Source of the DNA: Caecitellus pseudoparvulus
Taxonomy: Eukaryota > Protista > Bigyra: Bicosoecida
Reading direction: 5' to 3'
Assembly (NCBI GenBank): GCA_965644315.1
Contig: CBFFRQ010000081.1
Coordinates: 310,001-374,000 of the forward strand
Length of the DNA stretch: 64,000 bases
Shown: piece after piece, positions 1 through 12,577 of the stretch
How the letters are laid out: each line of letters starts with the position of its first letter
Numbering within the stretch: position 1 is the stretch's first letter
The notes under the pieces: generated by a model
Seen by the model: the letters and a program-made list of their open reading frames with translations, nothing else
Databases searched by the model: none
What the model was told of the DNA's origin: nothing
Position numbers and translations under genes: made by a program

Positions 1-1398
1 TGGGGAAGGGATCTTTCGGTGAAGTGTTCGATGCCACCATCAAGGAAACTGGGCAGCGCGTGGCGGTGAAGCGGGTCCTGCAGGACAAGCGATTCAAGGT
101 GAGCGGCACCTGCACCTGCCAGCACGCCAACGGCAAGTGCTGGAGGTACCTGCTCCCCCTTCGCGTGATATGGCGCAGAACCGAGAGCTGGAGATCATGA
201 GCAAGCTTAGGCACACCAACGTCGTGCACCTGCTGCACTCGTTCAAAGAGCAGGACCCCAAGGCAAGTGACGCGCCTTGTGACTTGCCAGAAGGCAGCAG
301 GCCACGTGCACAGCCATCAACTTCCCATGAGCGCAGACAGGGCACGTGTTCCTCAACTTGGTCATGGAACATGTTCCAGACACGATCTTTCAGGTGTGCT
401 CCGCCCACCACAAGGCTCGGGAGGTGCCGCCGGCGTTGGACGTGAAGGTGCGCTTGTATGGGCTCCTGCTTCCGCTGGCCAAACGCGCAGCAGCTCCCCA
501 CTCGACCTTGCAGCTGTACTTGTACCAAATGCTGCGCTCATTGGCCTACATCCACGCTCTTGGTGTTTGTCACCGGGACATTAAGCCCCAGAACGTGCTG
601 GTGGATGCGGCAGCACGAGTCGTGAAGCTGTGTGACTTTGGCAGGTGAGCAGGCACGCCGCGCCGAAGGCTGGAGTACAAGCGTCAAGTATAGCCCTCAC
701 CCGTACCTTGCAGTGCCAAGAAGCTTGTGAGAGGGCAGCCCAATGTCGCGTACATTTGCTCCCGGTACTACCGGGCGCCCGAGTTGATCTTCGGCTCTAC
801 CGAGTACACGACTGCCATCGGTTCGTATGCCAAAGTGCAGACGAACGGCCCCATCCCACCAGCACGCTCCCCAACATGCACAGATGTGTGGTCTACGGGG
901 TGTGTCTTTGCGGAGATGCTGCTGGGTCGCCCGTTGTTCGCGGGGGCCACTGGCGTGGACCAGCTCGTGGAGGTGATCAAGGTGCTTGGCACGCCGACTC
1001 GTGAGGAAATCCTGGCCATGAACCAAGCGTACACTGACTTCAAGTTCCCGATGATTGAGCCCAAGTCATGGAACCAAGTGCTCAAGTCTAGAGCGCCCCC
1101 CGACGCGCTGGACTTGGTGTCCCGCATGCTGCAGTATGTGCCCACCGAGCGAATCACTGCCATCCAAGCCTGCGCCCACCCGTACTTTGACGAGCTGCGA
1201 GACCCCAACACGACGCTTCCAGACGGCGAGCCACTGCCACAGCTGTTCGACTTCGCCCCTATGGAGTTGGTGGAGCACCCTGAGCTGGCGGAGACCCTCA
1301 TCCCGCCGCATGCACGCGTGAGCCTGTCGGCGCAGGTGCTGGAAAAACTTGGCTTGGACGGCAGCTCGGCTGCTGCAGCGGCTGCAGGGTCCGCTTGA
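1..1398 (+). CDS. GSK3: GSK3/shaggy-family Ser/Thr kinase (5' truncated by window edge, spliced)
   Basis: Spliced translation gives GKGSFGEVF...[13 protein letters not shown]|NRELEIM...CHRDIKPQN...LCDFGSAK...[18 protein letters not shown]. Introns at about 99-178, 263-336, 448-513, 645-713 and 821-883. TGA at 1396-1398. Confidence 0.97.
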
Positions 1399-1406
1399 CA
1401 CTACAC

Positions 1407-1414
1407 AATGCATT
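1407..1414. terminator. Palindromic AATGCATT, candidate bidirectional 3'-end/poly(A) signal (GSK3/PRP19)
   Basis: Lies between convergent stop codons; the same hexamer recurs after most stop codons in the window. Confidence 0.55.
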
Positions 1415-1495
1415 TGCAGCCAGGCTGGGGTGGTGCCATCGTGTTGATGAGGGAGTGAGGTGCTGGGGCAGACTGCATTGTGGGGTGCGCCTGCG

Positions 1496-3160
1496 TCACT
1501 TGGCGGCGCCCCACTTGGCCACGGTGTTGTCCATGGAGGCTGACACCAGGCTGGTGGCCAGGGGTGCCCAGTGCAACGATGTCACCGCGGCGGCGTGTGC
1601 TGTCGTGGACAGCAGCTGCTCCCAACTCTTGACCTTGAAGACAGACACGACGCCCTTGCCACCGTCCTCACTGCCAGCGGCCAAGTAGGAGCCCGAGAAA
1701 TCCCACGCGACAGCACCAACTGCACCAGGAGCTGTCATGGTGGCGACTTTGCCCATCTTGCGCAGGTCCCAGATGCCCACCTGCCCGTCCTTGCCTGCCC
1801 CTGCCATGTACCTGCCGTTCTCATTGAAGTCCAGCGTGTTCTGTGCCACAGTGGCATCTTCAAACGCCGCCACTTGAGCCTGGCTGCGCAGGTCAAAGAT
1901 GCGCACGCCGGCGTCCTGCCCTGCCACGGCGTACAACAAGCCATCTGGGTGCAGGCTGGCGGCAGTGTTTGCAGGGCCGTCGGCCCCGAAGGTACCCAGG
2001 AGCGTGCCAGTGGCGGCATTGGTGACTGACCAGCCGGCTGCGCCACCTCCCGCTGCAGTGAGGAGATAGTCAGAAGACGGGTGCACTTCCAGCGCCATGA
2101 CCTCTGAGCCGCCATGTGGCGTCATGGTGCCCACTGTCTCGTAGGCTCCCTCGCCACCCTTGCTCCACAGGCGCACGTCGCCGTCCTTGGAAGCGCTGAC
2201 GATGCGGCTGCCGGCGGTGATGTCAGGGTGCCACAGCGCGCGCGTGATGCGCTTGCTGTGCCCGGCCAGCGTGTCCACGACCCGTGTTGCAGCGAGGTCG
2301 AACACCTTCACTGTGTGGTCCACACCCCCCGTCACGATGAGGCTGGGGGCGGAATCGTGAGCGTGTACCGACGTCACACCCGCCTTGTCCTTGCGGTGGA
2401 AAGAGTGCAGTTCGCCGTGTGCGAAGGAGGCCACAGTGGCCTCCGGGGCCAGCTCCTCCGGGGCCTTGCGCTTCTTCCGGCCCTTGCTCAGGGTCTTGGA
2501 CACGTCCGTCCACTGTGCCACGACGGCGGCAGTCACGCCTGCCCCAGCACCTGCGCCAGCACCAGCAGAGCCCGCAGCGGCATCGCCCATGGACAGGCCA
2601 CGGGAGTCCAGCACAACCTTTGCGTTGCTGAGGGCTGCGCGGGCCTCGTCGCGCTCCTTGGTCAGACGGGCGATCACACGGCAGGCGGCATCGTGCTGAT
2701 ACAGCGCATGCGACAGCTGCTGGCGGGTCGTGTCCAGGGTCTGCTTGAGCTTGAACGTCTCCAGCATGACAGCGTCCCACTCTCCCTGGAAGGACTTCAG
2801 CATGCCAGGGAGGCTGGTGGCCGAGGGCGGGCGGGGGGACACAGCTGTGTTGCCTGCGACGAGCGGGGACGGGGGGCCAGGTCTCGAGCAGCTGTGCGGA
2901 CAGGTGGCGCGCCGCTTGACGCACTGGAGATAGGCAGCAGGTCTTCAAGTGTGATCTCGACATTCGTGACGGGGTCACGCCCAGTCGCCTGCACGTGCTT
3001 CTCAATGAGAGACTTCTCATACACATGGCCGGACTTGGTGCACACCACCGGCTGTGTCGGCACAACGCCGCTGACTGCAGAGAAGGGAGGCGTGTGGCCG
3101 GTCCCAGTGGACAGGAGCGAGTAATGTGTGGCACAGCGGGAACGCACTGCTGCAATTCAT
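1496..3160 (-). CDS. PRP19: Pre-mRNA-processing factor 19 (U-box, coiled coil, WD40)
   Basis: U-box [32 protein letters not shown]...DPVT; Prp19 motif FQGEWDAVMLETFKLKQTLDTTRQQLSHALYQHDAACRVIARL; C-terminal WD40 repeats. Introns 3147-3075 and 2924-2854. Confidence 0.97.
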
Positions 3161-3620
3161 GGCACAGAGCACTGTGCAAAGGTGTGCGGCGGAGGAAGCA
3201 GGGGGGAATGCGGAATTCGAACAGCGCCCACACAGTCGTAGTGTGTGCCGTTGCAGTGCACTGCTGCTCCGTCACCTGCAGCCTGTTGAGGGGGAAAAGT
3301 GTTTAAGTCGGGGAGTTGTGTGCGTGAGCACCGGCAATTTTTCGGCACCGATCCGGCAGCACCCCCATCTGCAGGCCCCTGAGCAAACGGCTCGAGCACC
3401 TGCCTCACCTCGGCCGCGCACAAGCACAGCGCAGGCAATTCACTTTGAAGATGGTACTTCACAAACTGACAGCAGTCCGAGCACGCAAGCGTTATATACA
3501 CGGCTCATGCGGCGCTAGGTTCGAGGTCCCTGCTGCCCGGCATCACACCTTGAGTTGAACGGTGCGCTGCAGACTTGGCTGGGAGTCGTCGCGTTTCGGT
3601 GGAAACGCACGCCGCGCAGC

Positions 3621-6600
3621 ATGGCGGTGTGGGCCAGATGGGGCCTCCTAATGACCACCATGGTGATGCAAGTTGTAGGCTTCAGAATTGAGGACCCATT
3701 GGTGGCAAACGATACGTCTGCCCCGGCCTACTTTGAGCCGGACGCCAGGGGCTTTGTGGGCGTCAAGGCAGACCCGAGCAACCCTCAAACTACGCCCCAA
3801 AATGAGGGCAACCAGTTCTCACCAAGTCAGCCAAATATCTTTGATCCAGTGCCCGCTCAGCGTGCGTTTTGCTGTGCTCCCGCAAGGAGGGCTCCCGCCC
3901 CGAAGCACTCACCTTGCTCCCTCACGCTTCAGAGACCTGTCCCAACATGACCATCGCGACTGATGGCCACGCGTACTGCAGCAGTGTGGATGCAGGATAC
4001 TGTGACCGTCGCAGCGGGGCGTGTTTTTGTTTTGAAGGATACGCTGGGGACGGCTGCGAGGCGTGCAGGCCAACACACTATCGCAGCAAGGCAAGCGGGC
4101 TATGTGAACCGAAGCGTGCGTGTCCTGCATCAGGTCTAGTGGAGAGCACGATAAGTGTCAGCGCGCTCCTTGCCAGCGATTCACAGGCCTCTGTCCGAAT
4201 GGATGCAGTGGGGGTGGCACTTGTGACCACAGTACCGGCACCTGTACCTGTGCTGAGCACAAGCTCGGTGAGGACTGCTCCCGACGTGAGTAAGACGAGC
4301 GTCGCAGAAACCGGATGCTCTGCGGCCCCGGCTCCATCGACCTCAAGCGAGGTGCCCTCACCCCATCACAGATCTCTGTGAGCAGTTCCACCCTCTTTGT
4401 CGGGAGTGCGATGCGGCACACTGCTCAAGGTGTGCACAGGGCTTCTTTGTATCCCCGAGCAATTCCTGTGGTGCGTGCTGCCGGTCTCTCAGTCTAAACC
4501 TAACGCAGACATCTGCTGCCCAACCACCCCCTTGCAGTGCCATGCGTGGTGTATGACCCTCGATGCACTAGCTGCGATGCGGAGACCTGCTTGCAGTGCA
4601 CTGACCCGCTGTTGTTGTCTATTCGTCGAAGCGGGCAGCGGGATATTGACCCGCCCTTGCCCTTTGACGAGCATACACGGCAGTTGTCTCGGACGCTGCC
4701 CTTTGGAACCCAGTCACCGTACGCGTTCGAGGAAGCTGAGTTGTTCTTCCTGAAAACCGACGAGGCCCAGCTGCGTCGAGCTGGCGTGGAGCACTCCGAG
4801 GCGGTCTGGTGGGGGCCAGGGACGCCATACACGATGAACACCGGTGCTGGCATCCAAGACCCATACACACAGTTCCACCCTCTCCCCGACACTGTTCTCC
4901 CTGAAGGCTACTATGAGCAGTACATTGCTTCCTTTCATGCTGAGCGGGGACTGACAAGCCATGGAAGCGTGCCTGAGAGCACACTGCTCGCACTGCAGGA
5001 GAGGCGCAACGCGAATGCTTCCACAGCAGCGTCAGTCTCAGTTCCCTGGTTCCACAATGTGACACGGGCATTCGACGGCATTGCCTTGTTGAAAGACTCC
5101 GCTGTGGCTTGCGGCCAAGGCACGCGCTCTGATGCCACTTTCGACTGCGCTGCCTTCCCCGTCTCGCACGTACTCTGTGGGCACCCCGGGACGCTGCAGT
5201 GGGCATCTCCGAAGTACATTGTGTGGGAAGGGCAGTCAACTCTTCGCGTGGCTGTTCGCCGTTCAGGTGGCGGATTGGGCAAGGTGACCCTGCGGTACGA
5301 GCTCAGGCACGAAACAACCTGCGCCAGCGACGTGACGTCCGTGGCCCACTACACATCAAGCCAGGAGTTGATCTTCGAAGAGGGAATGGTAATGGTATCT
5401 TTTCTGGTCACTATCAACGATGATGTAGCTGTAGAGGGGAACGAAACCTTCGCCCTGGTGCTTCTGGAACCAACGGGAGGCGCCTCTCTAGGGCCGCAGG
5501 CGGTGACACAGGTGACCATTCTCGATGAGGATGGCGGCCGACTACAGCCCACGGCAACAGTATTGACAGGCACAGCAATTGACGCTGGTAGCGCTGTGGC
5601 CAATGCTGGAGACGGTGACAACGCAAGGGACGGCCCAGTGCTCGCGGGGACAGCTGGCATCCCCATAACGCTGCTGCTGCATGGCAAGAACGCGGCCAAC
5701 GATACACCAGCAGAAGGAGCAGGTGCATGGAGCTGGACGCTTGGTGGGGAGGGAGACGATGGGGAAGTCGTGGATGGGCACAGGTGGCTGCTGGAGGTCT
5801 GGGACGAAGCTCCAGAGTCTGCGCCAGGAATGCCAACTCACACAACCCCTGTGGGTCCAGGCATCGCGTCTGCCCCCGACTGGAGCCGAGACCGTGACAC
5901 TTTCGGGCACCATCCCTTCGAAGAGGGGGGGGGTGGTATGCCAGTCATGAGGGGGGGTGTGCAGAAAGGCATGGTGCTAAGCGGCGCAGGAGTGGTCGGC
6001 ACACTTCGGGAGCGCGTGCGCCCCAACGGCTCTGCTGTGCTAGGTGGGCTGGATATCGGCATGACGCTTAACCTCACTTCTCCAGCTGCCCCTGAGTGGT
6101 CTGCATTGACTGGACGTGGGGCTTGCCTTGGCCTTGTCGTCAGCGAACCGGCTGGACACTTGCAAACTCACCTTCAGCATGCGAAACGTGGTGGGCTACT
6201 AGGAGAGTACTACACCAACGCCTTCTTGAGTGGCGCCCCTGCCATCACAAGAGTCGATGCCACAGTCAATTTTACTCTGGGCGTTGGCCAAGTGGCAGCG
6301 CGTGCGACGGACTACACGAGCACTCGGTGGACTGGCGCTGTGGTGCTCGGACGAGGCGGCGAGCTCGATGCAGCCTTGGACTGGGAGGCAGAACAGGGGG
6401 AAGTGGCTGTCAATTTTGCTGTGCTTGTCGGCCATGCAGACCAAGTGCGGCTTTGGGTGGATCACACCCTGATCATTGACACCTGGGGCGATGTGCGGGT
6501 CACTGCTGTGCCGGAGAGCGGAGTGCTGGGCATAGCCACACTGCAGCTGCACACTCTGCACCACTTGAGATTGGAATGGCGCCATACAACAGGGGAAGCA

Positions 6601-9600
6601 CGTTGTCAACTCTTGTGGGCATACAACACCACTGGCCTGTCCAGCGTGGCAGGTGTGCCGCCAAGTGTGACGGAGCTGACCCCCATCCCGCATCGGGCTT
6701 TGTTCTCCCTTCGGCATGTTGGTGGTTCGCCCATTCCGACCACGATCCAGCCAGCACCACCGTCAGCAGGAACTGTGTCGGGAATGGGCTCCATCCTCTT
6801 GGGTGCCGGCTTGAACGGCGGAATCGCCGGCAAGCCAGTACAGTTCGAGGTGCTGTCCAGAGATATGTTTGGCAACTTCAGAGGCGGCGCAGCCTTCAAC
6901 GACACGTTCCAAGTGAAGCTACGCAACGTGCACCAGCTGAACGAAGATGTGTTAGGGGGTGCATACGGCGCCGGCCTGAGCTCTGTCCTGTTCGCAGACC
7001 ACCCTCTAGCCGGAAGGCAGTACGCCGCAGAGGACTTGGTCGGGCACTGGACCATCTCCTTCAACGCCAGCTCCAGCACGCACATTGTCACGTACATAGC
7101 CCATGCAGCAGGGAATTACAGGTTGGACGTCTTGTTGTGGGAGCCAGAGTTTGGCCGGCTTGAACGCCTCCGGGAGTCCCCTTCCTTCCTCAGCATGGTG
7201 CCTGCCGCACCCAGCGTGGACTTGAGCATGTTTGCAGGGCCAGGCACGGAAGGCGGCACGGCGGGTCAGGCTTGTGTCGTGTACGTCAGATTGCGAGATG
7301 TATTTGGAAACCTCGCCATTGACAATGCCGAGAGCAGCTTGACGATGCAAGGTGTCTTGCCAGAGGCTGGTGAAATCGTGTCTGGTTCACTGCGGTGGCA
7401 AGGTGGGGCAGACTACGCCGGGGCGTGGACACCGACTGTGGCGGGGAACTACTCTCTTTTCCTGCGCGTACAGGACGTAAACCTGCAAGGAACACCACTT
7501 CATAACATTTCCATCATCCCCAGCGCCTCCAGTGCAGCCCACTCGTTTGCCACGGGAAGCCCTCTGGTGAACATGACAGCAACGCTGCCCCATTCGTTCA
7601 ACGTGCACGTCAGGGATGAATTCGAGAATGTGCGTACAAGTGCGTCTGGCGCGCTAGACATCGGGTTGGACACGATCACAGCGTCCATGCTGACGTTTCC
7701 TTGGCCAGAGCTCAACGTCACTGTGCTGCCTGAGCAGTACAGCATGAACAACTCCACTGGGCAGTCAGTGATTGCGATAGGTGCTACCACTGCGCAACAT
7801 GTAGAGGACGAGCTGTACGCTGTCACGCTCCGCCCAATGGCCGCGGGCATCTGGCCCATGCACGTCCGGCTGAACGGGGCGGCAGTGAGTGGCAGCCCAT
7901 TCCTAGTCTTGGTTGCCCCTGGACCGAGTGTCGGCTTGGCGAGTTGGATTTCGAAGAGCCCAGCCACCATGGGCGGTAGGGCTGGACAGCAGCTTGAAGC
8001 GTTCGTCCAAGTCCGAGATGGGGCTGGGAACGATGTCTGGGGCGCAGACGACGTTGTGTCTGGGGAAGCAGAGCTGGTACAACGCGCGTCAGGGAGCGAC
8101 GAGCGAATGCTTGAGGGTGGAACACTGCTCGTGATGGTGGATGCGCTGGGCGGTGGCCTGTACCGTGTCACGTACACGCCAGTTGTTGCGGGCACATACC
8201 ACTTGAACGTGCAAGTGAATGGTGAGGCTTTGAAGAATGGGACGGTGAGAAACATTGTCGTACTGCCGGCGCTTGCTGTTGCCAGCTCCACTGTGACGAC
8301 GGGTTCTGCCCTGGATACTCGCACGGGTTGGAGACCGCTGCAAGTGGGCCAGCCCCTGGCCTTGAAGTTTCGTATGCGAGATGCCTTTGGCAACGACGTG
8401 CCTGACACCGCACTGGCAAGCCGCCTCCAAACATTCTGGCAGCTCGATACCGCCTCCACTGTCACTCGAGCCCAGCGGGCATTGCCTGGATCTCCGTACA
8501 CATCCGCTGCTGAGCACGTAGGTGGCGGGGTGTACGGCACTGCACTCGTGCCCGAGTTCGCGGGTGCGTATGACACAGAGACTGTGCTGGCCCCTGTGGG
8601 GGCGTGGGATCGCACAGTGTTTGCCCAGCCCGAATTCGTGCGCCAAGTCAGCCGTGGGCTGGACCCGAACACATCCTGGTCGTGGGGCCACGGTGGACCG
8701 GCAGAGGTGGGCAACGCCAGCGCTTGGAGCGCTACATGGGAAGGCGTGCTGATGGCTGAAACGTCAACCTATGCAGAACTGCGCGTAGATTGCACAGGGG
8801 TGCTAGGAGTGAGTGTGTTTGAAGCAGCAGAGAGTGCTTTCTCAGCACACTCTGTGACAGCAGAGATGGCCACGGCGGCCACAGACCCTGACAGAAGAAC
8901 AAACACGGCAAAAGCCGAGCGCCTTCAAGTACCATTCTACGTGGTTGCCGGGAAGTTCTACCGCATACGCGTGCGACTGAACAGTGTTCCGCGAGGGGAG
9001 ACATCCTTGGCGATTCAAATGCTAACGCCGAGGCAAACCGACCACCCAAGCACAGAGGCCGCTTGGGGTGGCCAGAGCCTTGCCCCATCCCCGTACATGC
9101 AGCACCTGCATGCGCCAGGCCTCGCACGCCTGGTTGCTGGGTCCATGGCACGGGTCCAGGCAGTGCATGGACCGGCGTTGCCAAGTGTCAGTCTTGCTGA
9201 AGGGATAGGCCTGCAGCTGGCCACTGTGCTGGCGCCTGCCAGCGCCGTTGTGACTGCATTGGACGAGTTTGGAAACGTGGTCACGGACGATGTGAATGTC
9301 ACTTGTTCGGGGGTTTTGGCTTGGTCCCAACCTCTGCCTGGGGATGCTCCCACAAGCCCTGTGAACACGGAGCCGGAGATGGTGACAGTGTATGCATTGG
9401 GTGGAGGGCGCTGGCAAGTACAGTACGTGCCCATGGCAAGTGGGGTTCACGTGCTTCATGTGTTTCTGAATGCGCCTGCGTTCCCACCTGCGCTGGGGGC
9501 CCGCGGGTTGCTCCGGGTGGGTCGAGAGTCAAATGCGGACGTGGTGGGGAGCCCCTTTGCTGTGACGGTGCACAATGCCGCCGCAGCTGCTGGAAAAAGC

Positions 9601-10881
9601 AGTGCAAGTGGGGGCGGTTTGGAGGAGCAAGTGGCAGGGGAGGGTGGAGAATTCTTCGTTCAAACACGTGACGCAGGCGGGAACAACCTTTCTCAGCCGT
9701 TGCAGGGAGGTGTGCATGTACAGTTCAGAGCGCACGGCAGCGTGTTGCAGCCACCCGCCGCCGTGGCCATTGTCTCCTACTTGCAGCACGGGCGGTACAG
9801 GGTGCAGAGTGTCATCACTGTGGCAGGCTCCATTCAGGTGCACGTGTCCGTGGCTGGTGCTGCGTTGGCTGGAAGCCCCTTCACTGTCAGGGTGCTGCCC
9901 AACCTGGCACACGCCTCGAACTGCGAAGCCAAAGGTCTAGTGCCCAAGGCTGAGGAAGCTGACTACTCAGAACTAAGCACAGTGCGCTGGGTCGTAGGGG
10001 AGGACGTCACCTTTAACGTCGTCCTTTTCGATACGTACTCAAACAGGCTGCAGCGGGGGGGGGATGCGCTCGTCGTGCGTCTCGTTGGCGTGGACGAGCC
10101 AGTCACGGACACGCACGAAACGCTCAACACTGCCAACTTTGCAGGCATGCAGCTGCCAGACACTTTGGTCCCTGCCACAGCTCTGGGAAGCTACTCCTCA
10201 TCTGTGCGGCTGCAAGTGCCAGGGCGATACCTCGTGCACGTGGAGTTGGCCAGCGGGACAGCTGGGCGCCATGGGCTGACTGGCGAGTACTTCGACAATA
10301 GGCACTTTAGCGGAACGCCGCGAAAACGGGTTGTGGACTCCACCCTGCACTTCCTATGGCGGCGGGAAGGAGCCAACGCAACTGAGCAAGGAGGGGGGTG
10401 GCCTCCGCAAGCTTCCACCACCTCTTGCAGCGGAGCGGCGGGGGCAGTAGTGCAGACTGAGCCATTGGCGCAGAATGTGTCGCACGGTGGCGCCGGCAGC
10501 ATTGCAGGGTTTGTGTGGGAGTTCATTACTGTGCGGTGGACGGGATTCATCGAGGCGCCCCAGACCGCTGACTACACCCTGCACACCTGGGCCAATGACG
10601 GTGTCCGGGTGTACGTGGAGGGGGCACTCGTGGTGGATGCGTTGCATGGCGCAGCAGGGTACAGCCAGGGCCGCGTCCCCTTCCCCCTCCGCGCAGGCCA
10701 GCTGTACCACATCCAGGTGGAGTATTGGCAGGGCACTGGGGATGCGTGGTTATCGGTAGGATGGGCCTGGTCAGGCAGGAAGGGCGTCGCGTCTGATGGT
10801 GTGCAAGCACTGCCACCACACCTCTTGTACGCAGGCTCCACACCCATTGCAGGGTCGCCATTTGTCATACACACACAGTGA
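3621..10881 (+). CDS. Giant predicted secreted protein: EGF/furin-like Cys repeats, Calx-beta, about 3 PA14 domains, filamin/Ig-like repeats
   Basis: Signal-peptide-like MAVWARWGLLMTTMVMQVVG. Spliced Cys-rich exons (CDRRSGACFCFEGYAGDGC; CPNGCSGGGTCDHSTGTCTC). Calx-beta-like VRRSGG...INDDVAVEGNETFALVL. PA14-like GLLGEYY/GLTGEYFDN...VRWTGFI...NDGVRVYV. Filamin-like RDxFGN...Y.P..AG.Y...GSPF units. Terminal ORF is 2114 aa. Confidence 0.85.
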
Positions 10882-10910
10882 CACACTGACACACTGACAC
10901 ACTCCCGTCC

Positions 10911-12212
10911 TCAGTCCATGTCATCGAAGCCGGCGTCGGTGGCGCTGGTCAGGCTGCCAGACACTGAGCTGCCCGCCCCAGCAAAGGCGGGCACAGCTGC
11001 AGACGGGCGCAGACTGTGGCGCCGCACTTCCACGGGGCCGGCGCCCCCCCCCGCCGCCGCGGCAGCAGGCGCTGGCGCATCTGCTGCCACAAATTCTGTC
11101 CCAGACCCTGCTGAGCTGAGCAGGGGCGCTGGCACGCCCATGTCCACTAGCAGCTCGGCGATGGCGGCGGCCGACACGCCGCCTGACCCGGCCACCATGA
11201 AGTCGGTGACTCGCACCTCCGTGGCGAAGGTGCCGCCGTTGAGGTAGATCATGAAGGCAGGCAGGGCGATGGGGTCGAAGTTGCGCTTGACGACGGAGGA
11301 GATGACGGAGAGGAACTTGACGTGTGTGGCGGCGGCGGCCAGGGGAGCCAGCGCGGCGGACACTGCGCCACACTCGGGGACGAATGACTCCCACATGTGC
11401 ACGACGACGAAGACGCCCTTGGGTGCGTCGTTGATTTCGTCCAGGAAGTGGGAGGCATCCTTCACCAGGGTCACTTCGCCGTACGGGCCAGGGGGGCCTG
11501 CAGCCAGCTCAGCCAGCCGCCGCTGCCTGTACTCGGCCAAGAATGCAGCGTCCTCCTCGTCTTCCGGCGCAGGGGATGAGGGTGCGTCTGGGGCCTCCTC
11601 TGCAGCAGCTCTTGCTTCGTGGGCTGTGTCGATGTCCACCTCCTCCTGCACACGTTGTGGGGGCGTGTGGTGCCGTGGCCGACGGGGGCTGGCGTGCCGG
11701 CGAAACGTACCCGTAACGCAGCGGCATGTGCCGCGGCAGTTGCTGCCACTGACACGCTGCCATCCACGCGAGTCACACCATGGCCAGCTCTGTGCACCAT
11801 TGCCTTTGCCTTGAGCACGTCTCGTTCAGCCTGAGCACAAGGGGGGAGGGGCACCTGGTGCCATTGGGAAAGGGCCAGCGGAGGTGGCTTGCGAACCCAC
11901 CTCCTTTCGCTTCTCCTTCTCGTGGGCACGCTTGTCCGCCAGCACGCCCTTTGGGCCCGTCTTGCGTCCAGGCCGATTCGGTGGCACGTATGGTGCCTCC
12001 TTCTCCGGCCCCAACACATCATCCAGCGTCTGGTTCTCCTCCAACTCAAGCTCCCTGTGCAGGCATCGGACCTGAGCTGTGGCGAGGGAGCAAGCCGCGG
12101 CAGAGCTGCGTGAAACGCACAAGGCGGCCTCCTCCCCCTCCTCAGGGCGGACATCGTCGTCATCTCCGTCCCAGACGCTCTGCTTGGTGATCTGGTCCTC
12201 CAGCATGGCCAT
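10911..12212 (-). CDS. Phosducin-like protein (spliced)
   Basis: Phosducin N-terminal motif TGPKGVLAD, then EYRQRRLAEL and a thioredoxin-like domain (VVVHMWE...C...KFL...LPAFMIY.NG). Start MAMLEDQITK at 12212. Confidence 0.9.
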
Positions 12213-12577
12213 GGCTGGCGCAGCTCGTCGACGGAGTTTCACACCACGAAACGCAAGCTGGCAGGCGCAGCAACGTGCGAGGGGACAGCGACTCTGCCCG
12301 AGCCCTGCACACCCCACAGTGTCAGTGATAGACAGAGCACAACAAAGGGCTCTGCGTCAGGCACTTCAAAGTGAGCCTGTCGGGACGAGCTGCATTGTGG
12401 AACGGCGTGCGCACTGCTGTTATGTCAAATGTAGGCACACTGCCACCCCGCCGACACAATCGACCGGCACCGCACTCCACGCACCAGCGCGAGCAGGGCA
12501 GCGCAAACAGCCCGCTGGCAGCACCTACAGGCCCTCCTTCCTCAACCGCAGGCCTCCCTGTGTGGCCTGCCGCCACC

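Noticed and set aside
448-883. Apparent excess of stop-free 3n introns
   Set aside because: The intron lengths I resolved (80, 74, 66, 69, 63, 73, 71, 68, 67, 72, 64) show no bias, and read-through is explained by GC content.
10879-10903. (TGACACAC)x3 between convergent stops
   Set aside because: A short microsatellite-like repeat with no recurrence at other gene ends.
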